Source: an uncultured virus (IMG/VR IMGVR_UViG_3300037493_001250) (Duplodnaviria > Heunggongvirae > Uroviricota > Caudoviricetes). From it: 20,000 nucleotides of DNA. A program made the position numbers and the translations under genes. This document shows positions 14,188-20,000 of this stretch, piece by piece. The stretch lies in the IMG/VR virus record IMGVR_UViG_3300037493_001250; one strand, 5' to 3'. How positions within the stretch are numbered: the stretch's first letter is position 1; each line of letters opens with the position of its first letter. The notes under the pieces are model-generated. The model was not told where the DNA came from. It saw nothing but the letters and a program-made list of their open reading frames with translations, and ran no database searches.

Positions 14188-14595
14188 ATGAAGACAGCAA
14201 AAGTAGATGTAGTTACATTTAAGAAAGAGTTCACAAGCCAATACGGTACATTGTTCTCGTTTGAAGTTAAGTTTAACAATGGTGATACTGGCCTTTACAA
14301 CTCAAAAACAAAAGAGCAATCTAAGTTCATTGTAGGTGTAGAAGTAGAGTATGAGCTTGAAACTAAAACAAACGACAGAGGAAGTTGGAACGTGATTAAG
14401 CCTGTTATGGCACAGAAGCCATTTGGTGGAGGAGGATTCAAGCCAACACCTAAGAACGAGAATAGTATAATAGCTCAAAGTAGTATCAAAGCATCAGTAG
14501 AATTGATTTGTGCAGGCAAGATTGACATTAAAGACTTGTTGACTACTGCTGAGAAGATAATGATTTGGGTAAAAGAAAAAGGTAAACAAGAATAA
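14188..14595 (+). CDS. putative OB-fold ssDNA-binding/recombination protein
   Basis: Beta-rich N-terminus, Gly linker, IIAQSSIKASVE helix; position before a NinB-like gene. Confidence 0.55.
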   Translation: MKTAKVDVVTFKKEFTSQYGTLFSFEVKFNNGDTGLYNSKTKEQSKFIVGVEVEYELETKTNDRGSWNVIKPVMAQKPFGGGGFKPTPKNENSIIAQSSIKASVELICAGKIDIKDLLTTAEKIMIWVKEKGKQE

Positions 14596-14597
14596 CC

Positions 14598-14873
14598 GTG
14601 TCAAGACAAAGAAGCACTCAGCAGAATAGATACTACCATGGGGTAATAGTTCCCGTGTATAGAAAAGTATTTATTGGCTTGGGGCATACGGTAAGCAATA
14701 AGGAAGTGCATAGTTGGATAAAGCAAAGGTTTCAAATTGAAAGCACAACCAAGCTAACCACAATAGAGTGGGAAGAGTTTATCATCAAGCTACAAGCATA
14801 TGCTAGTAATATACTTGGAGTACAGATACCTGACCCTAATGAAGTGATACTTGAACAATACTTAAACGATTAA
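14598..14873 (+). CDS. NinB/Orf-like recombination protein (GTG start)
   Basis: RSTQQNRYYH...STTKLT...IPDP motifs. Confidence 0.65.
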   Translation: MSRQRSTQQNRYYHGVIVPVYRKVFIGLGHTVSNKEVHSWIKQRFQIESTTKLTTIEWEEFIIKLQAYASNILGVQIPDPNEVILEQYLND

Positions 14874-14877
14874 TAAT

Positions 14878-15096
14878 ATGTTAAATAAACCTATTTATTG
14901 GAAACAACTTAATGGTAAGTTAATATCTGTGGATGACATGGATGAAAATCATCTCCGTAATGTACTTAAAATGATTATTAGAAATAATCAAAAAAATAAA
15001 TTACAGCCTAAATTTACTTTAAATGGTGATATGGCTAATGAATTTCATGAATCTTATTTATCTGATGAAGATGATGATAGATTTGAAACATTTTAA
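14878..15096 (+). CDS. hypothetical protein
   Basis: 72 aa; W...G..ISVDDMDENHLRNV motif. Confidence 0.75.
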   Translation: MLNKPIYWKQLNGKLISVDDMDENHLRNVLKMIIRNNQKNKLQPKFTLNGDMANEFHESYLSDEDDDRFETF

Positions 15097-15107
15097 AAAT
15101 AAATAAC

Positions 15108-15206
15108 ATGGAACAAGCACTAACAACAACAGACTATTTAATAGCAGCACAGATTATCCAAGGAATACAACAAGACATTCAATTAGTTTCACATATACTA
15201 AGATGA
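15108..15206 (+). CDS. 32 aa peptide (MEQALTTTDYLIAAQIIQGIQQDIQLVSHILR)
   Basis: A-rich leader; ATGA-coupled to the next gene. Confidence 0.6.
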   Translation: MEQALTTTDYLIAAQIIQGIQQDIQLVSHILR

Positions 15207-15505
15207 AAGCAGGAGACATTGTACTTTGCGTAAACGATACTAAGAGTCAAACACTTAAGGAATGGATAGATGAGTGTAACTTTCCCGTGATATGGGTAAA
15301 GAAAGACAAGAAGTACACCATACGGGAAGTACTAGAGAACGAAGGCATAGCAACAGGATTATTGCTTGAGGAGATAATTAACTTCCCTTTCTTTATCCCA
15401 TTACTGAATAGAAGCCAGGAGTTAGGATATGCAGTATGGAGGTTTCGCAAAGTGCAAGAAGTAACTGACAAAGTAGAAGTAGAAAAAGAAGAAAACGTAA
15501 TATGA
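15203..15505 (+). CDS. hypothetical SH3-like phage protein
   Basis: MKAGDIVLCVND...YTIREV...WRFRKV. Confidence 0.75.
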   Translation: MKAGDIVLCVNDTKSQTLKEWIDECNFPVIWVKKDKKYTIREVLENEGIATGLLLEEIINFPFFIPLLNRSQELGYAVWRFRKVQEVTDKVEVEKEENVI

Positions 15506-15735
15506 AGACAATAACAAAGTACACAGGCGACCTGAAAGAAGGAGACATGTACGAGTGTAAGACAGATGGCAATAGAGTAAGAGTTGCTAAAGTACATCAA
15601 GAGCCTAAGAACAAGGTATGGACTTGTGATTTGATTTACTCAGATAGCCAAACGAAACTAGGTAGTGAATTAAATATGCCGTGTTACGACTTTGAGATGT
15701 TACTTCGGAAAGGACAATTTAGAAAAGTAAATTAA
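15502..15735 (+). CDS. hypothetical protein
   Basis: 77 aa, ATGA-coupled. Confidence 0.75.
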   Translation: MKTITKYTGDLKEGDMYECKTDGNRVRVAKVHQEPKNKVWTCDLIYSDSQTKLGSELNMPCYDFEMLLRKGQFRKVN

Positions 15736-15775
15736 AAAAGAAAGCCCCTACATAATCAAACGTAAGGGCTTTTTT
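15736..15775. terminator. bidirectional intrinsic terminator between convergent operons
   Basis: AAAGCCC...GGGCTTT stem flanked by A-run and T-run. Confidence 0.75.
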
Positions 15776-15776
15776 G

Positions 15777-15944
15777 TTAAGAGAACCTGTTTACCAAGAT
15801 TTCATTCAAGAAATCGTTTCTTTTCAATCCCGCTTCTTTTGCATCAGTAGCTATTTTTTCTATAAGCCACATGTTGTCTTTATGTATCCTGATGGGTATG
15901 ATATCACCCTTGTATTCTTTTTTAACTTTTAATTTCTTCTCCAT
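15777..15944 (-). CDS. ribbon-helix-helix (Arc/CopG-like) DNA-binding protein
   Basis: IIPIRI strand, helix, AKEAGLKRNDFLNEIL turn-helix pattern; start moved to ATG 15944. Confidence 0.65.
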   Translation of the reverse strand: MEKKLKVKKEYKGDIIPIRIHKDNMWLIEKIATDAKEAGLKRNDFLNEILVNRFS

Positions 15945-16089
15945 TTTCTTTTTTATTTTGATATGCAACATGTAACTCCTTAATACTAGAAAGAACAAAC
16001 TCAGCTTCTTTCAAAGATGCTGCTTCAATCGTAATAACGACTTTCCTTCCTGCGTATCTGTAGTGAAAAGTATACTTCTGAACTTCCAT
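15922..16089 (-). CDS. 55 aa hypothetical protein (MEVQKYTFHYRYAGRKVVITIEAASLKEAE...)
   Basis: Manual translation; ATG 4 nt after the promoter box. Confidence 0.7.
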   Translation of the reverse strand: MEVQKYTFHYRYAGRKVVITIEAASLKEAEFVLSSIKELHVAYQNKKENGEEIKS

Positions 16090-16093
16090 GCAA

Positions 16094-16162
16094 CAAAGGT
16101 AATACTTTTAGTAATACAATCCAAATACAATTTAGATTTATTATAAATTAGTTGTATATTTG
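16094..16162. promoter_or_regulatory. divergent promoters (TTTG-N20-TACCTTTG minus with two GTATTAC boxes; TATATTTG plus 16155-16162)
   Basis: Consensus matches; GTAATAC at 16099-16105 and 16111-16117. Confidence 0.75.
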
Positions 16163-16187
16163 TAAAACTAATATTTAATATAAAGAT

Positions 16188-16925
16188 ATGGCTTTACCAG
16201 TAGCAGCTGTCATGGCGGGAGCAGGACTCCTTACAAAAGGATACGGTATTTATGAAGCAAATAAGCGTGAGAAGGAGGCTAACAAGCAGTTAGCAGAACT
16301 CGCAAAAAAACCATACGACCAATTCAAAGTTAACCCACTTGTGCAAAGATATACACAAATGGGATTGCGTGATATACAAAAACCACAAGGTTTTACAGGT
16401 GCAGAAGCAGCACAATTCCAACAAAGGATTGCAGCAGGCCAAGAAGCAGCGAGAAGAAACGCAATTAGTTTAGGTGGTAGCAGTGTAGCAAGAGCAGTAG
16501 GTGGTGCATTAAATAGTGCTAACTTAGCGGCAGAGAATCAATTTGCGGCACAAGGTGCAGGACTTGCAAGGTCAAATAGAACATTAGGATATAGCAGATT
16601 CATGCAAGGTGCAGGTGTAGCTCAAGGTGTAGACCAAGCAAACACTCAGCAATCACTACAAAGAAGAATGCAGCTAGAACAAGCATACGGAGCAGCTTCA
16701 AGACAAGCAGCTGACCAACAAAGACAATTTGTACAAGGAATAGGTAGTGACTTATTTGGTGCGGGTGTAGGATTAGCAGCAAACGAATTGGCTTATAGCA
16801 AAGACCCATTTGGTATGAATGCAAGCAAAGCAGCAAGAGCAAAAAACCGTTTAAATAGAAGAATATACAATGTAGATGTTACAGCACCATTGAATACATT
16901 AGACTATAATCAAGCAAGCGTATAA
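16188..16925 (+). CDS. putative internal virion/DNA ejection protein (Ala/Gly/Gln-rich)
   Basis: Hydrophobic Gly/Ala N-terminus and Q/A-rich helical body; first of three genes. Confidence 0.65.
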   Translation: MALPVAAVMAGAGLLTKGYGIYEANKREKEANKQLAELAKKPYDQFKVNPLVQRYTQMGLRDIQKPQGFTGAEAAQFQQRIAAGQEAARRNAISLGGSSVARAVGGALNSANLAAENQFAAQGAGLARSNRTLGYSRFMQGAGVAQGVDQANTQQSLQRRMQLEQAYGAASRQAADQQRQFVQGIGSDLFGAGVGLAANELAYSKDPFGMNASKAARAKNRLNRRIYNVDVTAPLNTLDYNQASV

Positions 16926-16927
16926 TA

Positions 16928-18385
16928 ATGGCAGAACCAATATTAGGACAAGCACTAGCACTCCAAAGTGAGTTTAGGCCCGATACAACACAAGTATTAA
17001 CAAAGGCCGTAAATAAGTTAGGTGATGTAACTTTAAAAAAACAGATAGCAGCAACTAAAGCGGCAGAGGCAAAAGCCAAGCGTGAGCAAGATACTATGGC
17101 TGCGATAAAATTAAAATCTGGCAAGCTAGGTGTACATTATGTAGGTGATGCTCAACAACTTCTTACCCAGGGGATAGGTGAAATAACTGAAGCCACACAA
17201 AAAGGCGACTTGGCTAAAAAGGTTTTATTAGAAGGTCAATACCAAACAGCACTAGACAATCTTGTGTTTGAGAACGACCGAATGGATAATTTTAGAAAAA
17301 CAAAACAACAAGGAGGATTAATACCTGCTCCAGTAGAACTTGGCCTTGATATGCCAAGAGCTCAGGCTAACGAGTATTTTAAAAAATTACTTGTAGAGAA
17401 TCCTGAGTATAGATTAATTTTTGACCAAACACCAGAGGGTTATTATACATATAACCCTGTTAAAAAAATTGACGAGGCATCAGAATATGGTAAACTTATA
17501 AGCGAAAATTCAGACCAATACAAAGTAAAAACTGTAACAAGACAAGATGGTAAAGATATTGTTTCTTTTAGTATAGCAGATACAAGAATAAATGATTTAG
17601 CAAACCTATTGGCTAGTGATGACACTTATAGAGCAAATGCTCTTATAAATAACAAGGTAGCTGTTAACAATGAAGTACAAGCTGCATTAAAAGCCAATCC
17701 TGCTTTAAAACAAGAAGAAGCTCAAGAAATAGGACTTAAATCTTACTTCCTAAAGAATTTACAATCCGCTAACCAAAAGTATTCAGTTTCAAATACCCCT
17801 CAAGATTCATCTCCAAGTGGAGACAGGAAAGTAAAAATAATAGCAAAAGACTTTTCTCCAACTACATTGAAGCCTGAACAAATAAAGGCTATCGTTGATT
17901 TAAAGGATGAAACGTCAGGCAGTACAATGCCAAACCTTGGAGGAACTACACCTCCACCTGCTGTTTCTATGAGAACGGGATATTCTTCTGTTAACATGCC
18001 TAACATATCTGATGTGTTTTCATTTACAGATGACCAGGGTAGAGAATTTGCTGCACCCGTAAATAATCTTACAGATTATAACGATAAACTATATCTAACA
18101 GGAACAGCTAAGAACATAGCAGCAGAAGGTGTAAATATTAGCATGAAATATGGCATGCCATCAGCAACAGAGCTTACTCCATCAGCATGGAAAGCATTAG
18201 TTGTTTACTATGCAAAACAAGGAATAGATGGACAAGCCCTTGCAAAATACATGAATAATAATTTAGCAGAAGCAGGTTCTAAATTAAGAATAGACCCTAA
18301 TACTGGCAAAGTATCTACTAAAGTTACAACCCAACCAAGAACAACAAATACTCCTAGAACTGGAGGCGCACCAAGACCTAATTAA
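16928..18385 (+). CDS. putative internal virion/ejection protein
   Basis: 485 aa; helical N-terminal half; no Cys; gene order. Confidence 0.6.
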   Translation: MAEPILGQALALQSEFRPDTTQVLTKAVNKLGDVTLKKQIAATKAAEAKAKREQDTMAAIKLKSGKLGVHYVGDAQQLLTQGIGEITEATQKGDLAKKVLLEGQYQTALDNLVFENDRMDNFRKTKQQGGLIPAPVELGLDMPRAQANEYFKKLLVENPEYRLIFDQTPEGYYTYNPVKKIDEASEYGKLISENSDQYKVKTVTRQDGKDIVSFSIADTRINDLANLLASDDTYRANALINNKVAVNNEVQAALKANPALKQEEAQEIGLKSYFLKNLQSANQKYSVSNTPQDSSPSGDRKVKIIAKDFSPTTLKPEQIKAIVDLKDETSGSTMPNLGGTTPPPAVSMRTGYSSVNMPNISDVFSFTDDQGREFAAPVNNLTDYNDKLYLTGTAKNIAAEGVNISMKYGMPSATELTPSAWKALVVYYAKQGIDGQALAKYMNNNLAEAGSKLRIDPNTGKVSTKVTTQPRTTNTPRTGGAPRPN

Positions 18386-18393
18386 TAAACATT

Positions 18394-20000
18394 ATGCCAG
18401 AAGAAAAAGAATATATAAAACAAATATATGATTATCTAGGTACTTTAGATAATACGTATCAAAAAGATGTTTCATTTGACGGATTTAAAAAGTCAATGGA
18501 AGACAAGAAATATGCAAGTGATATACACAGTTGGATAGGTAAAAAAGACCCATCTTTTGTAAAAGACGTGCCTGTTGATTCTTTTTACAATTCTGTTAAC
18601 GTAAAAAAAAAAGAAGAAGTTTCTGCACTTGGTTACAAGAAGCCTTCAGAAGCTGCACAAATGGGAAGTTTTACCCCAAAACAAAACTTATACCAATCAC
18701 CTTTAAAGACTGCGGGAACTACTATTCCATTCGTATCTACAAAAACAAAAGATTTTCAAAAAAACGTAAATTTAGAAATTTTACCTAAATACGAGCAAAG
18801 CCAACAACAACTAAGAGATGCTGATGTTGAAATAAACTCTTATAATATACTAGGTAATGTAGATAAGATTCCTGACCCTACAATTAGAGCACAAGCACAA
18901 GCACAGAGAGATGCTTTAGCAAATAACAGAAAGATTTTAGCCGCAAAAGCTAAAGCTTCTCAAGTTTTAATCCAGCCAGAAATTGACAAGCTAATAAAGA
19001 ATAGCGTAGAAAGTAAGGGGTTAGATTATTTTTTCAAGCAAAATCTAGATGGTGTAAAAGTTCCTGATGAGTCTAAGATTAATGAATACTCAAAAGATAT
19101 AGCATTAACTGCTGGTTTGCCTGAAGATGGATACGCTAAGAAGTTAATTTATAATAATTTCAAGTCTTCTATTCAATATCAAAAAGATAAACCACAAATT
19201 GAAAAGAAGTTTAATGAACTGTATGAAAAGAAATACGGTACAACGCCTCAAAGTGATATAGAAAAAGATGCCATAAGTGGTTTTACGGCTAAAAAGCAAA
19301 TTGAAAGCAGCCTTCAAAATCAAGGTAAGCTTATTGCTAATGAAGTGACTACGGGCACAAAGACTGAGCTATCAAAAGCTTCTTCAGATTACACTCCTAA
19401 GATAAACGAGCTAAACGAATCATACAAGCTAAACCAAGAGAATTTGAATCAGCAAATGCAAATAAATGCTGATAAATATAAAAACAATTCAATTTCTTTT
19501 GAAGAAGCAAAACAGAATGAAGCAAATTTAAAGGCAGCTTTTCAACAATCCGAAAACGATTACAAGTTAAATTTCCAGGCTATTTCTGATGAATACCTTA
19601 ATGTTCAAAAAGAAGTAATTGGAAGATACGATAAAAGGTATAAAAGACAAACTCAAGAAGCAGTACAGATTGCAGAACAAAGATTGCGTGAAGAAGCTAA
19701 TAAATACAGCAAATCACGTAAGGTTTCTCCAGAGATAGAAAGAAGATATAACGAAACTTGGAAAGAAGCTTCTGGTTCATACTATAAAGCTGATGAAGCT
19801 TTTAGAAAAATAAAAGACGATATTAAAGGTGGAGGTGTAGTATTTGCACAAAGTTTAGTATCTGGACTAGGTGTTGGTTTAAAGACTTTATCATCTTTTG
19901 CGGGTATTGAAGAAGGTGTTGTAATGGGAGACTATCTAAACTCTTTATTCACATTAAGTAGTCCTAAGATAGATAACGTAAAAGACTTATTAGATATAAC
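18394..20000 (+). CDS. large putative ejection/cargo protein, truncated by window edge (MPEEKEYIKQIYDYLG...)
   Basis: Frame open from ATG 18394 to the window end (>535 aa); N-terminal duplicated motif then KKKE; coiled-coil character. Confidence 0.75.
   Translation, partial: MPEEKEYIKQIYDYLGTLDNTYQKDVSFDGFKKSMEDKKYASDIHSWIGKKDPSFVKDVPVDSFYNSVNVKKKEEVSALGYKKPSEAAQMGSFTPKQNLYQSPLKTAGTTIPFVSTKTKDFQKNVNLEILPKYEQSQQQLRDADVEINSYNILGNVDKIPDPTIRAQAQAQRDALANNRKILAAKAKASQVLIQPEIDKLIKNSVESKGLDYFFKQNLDGVKVPDESKINEYSKDIALTAGLPEDGYAKKLIYNNFKSSIQYQKDKPQIEKKFNELYEKKYGTTPQSDIEKDAISGFTAKKQIESSLQNQGKLIANEVTTGTKTELSKASSDYTPKINELNESYKLNQENLNQQMQINADKYKNNSISFEEAKQNEANLKAAFQQSENDYKLNFQAISDEYLNVQKEVIGRYDKRYKRQTQEAVQIAEQRLREEANKYSKSRKVSPEIERRYNETWKEASGSYYKADEAFRKIKDDIKGGGVVFAQSLVSGLGVGLKTLSSFAGIEEGVVMGDYLNSLFTLSSPKIDNVKDLLDI

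Noticed and set aside
13873..14279. Minus-strand ORFs 13873..14241 and 13890..14279
   Set aside because: Run antisense through a gene start, a promoter and homopolymer tracts; protein sequences look non-biological
15777..16089. Toxin-antitoxin pair (55 aa ORF plus RHH)
   Set aside because: No recognisable toxin motif; the candidate operator is spread across the window, which fits a global regulator better
11463..18006. ORFs 11463..11666, 12886..13110, 15247..15600, 16600..16842, 16879..17124, 17443..17625, 17800..18006
   Set aside because: Antisense to real genes; no promoter or motif support

Overview
The window is a 20 kb segment of an AT-rich tailed-phage genome whose host is almost certainly Bacteroidota: about 13 promoters have the TTG-N19/20-TAnnTTTG form and leaders are A-rich without Shine-Dalgarno sites. 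1-1545: leftward small-gene (likely early) module with a ~690 nt hairpin-rich intergenic stretch. 1550-2300: gene-free region, probably the genome terminus junction, holding a perfect parS site, three Fur-box-like sites, FNR/CRP-like palindromes, a TetR-like palindrome and G-tracts. 2300-13400: mostly minus-strand genes, including an HExxH peptidase, a YkgJ CxxCxxCC protein, two aberrant tRNA-like elements, small basic proteins, a DnaA domain IV protein, a primase-helicase, a metallophosphoesterase, and DUF1064-like and HNH nucleases. 13390-14187: an 800 bp non-coding control locus with a promoter/terminator-delimited ~75 nt sRNA complementary to an adjacent kissing-loop terminator leader, followed by a structured G-tract region. 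14188-16100: recombination-type genes and a ribbon-helix-helix regulator; GTAWTAC boxes overlap most promoters. 16188-20000: three probable internal-virion/ejection proteins. All protein calls come from motifs read by eye; no searches or folding programs were run.
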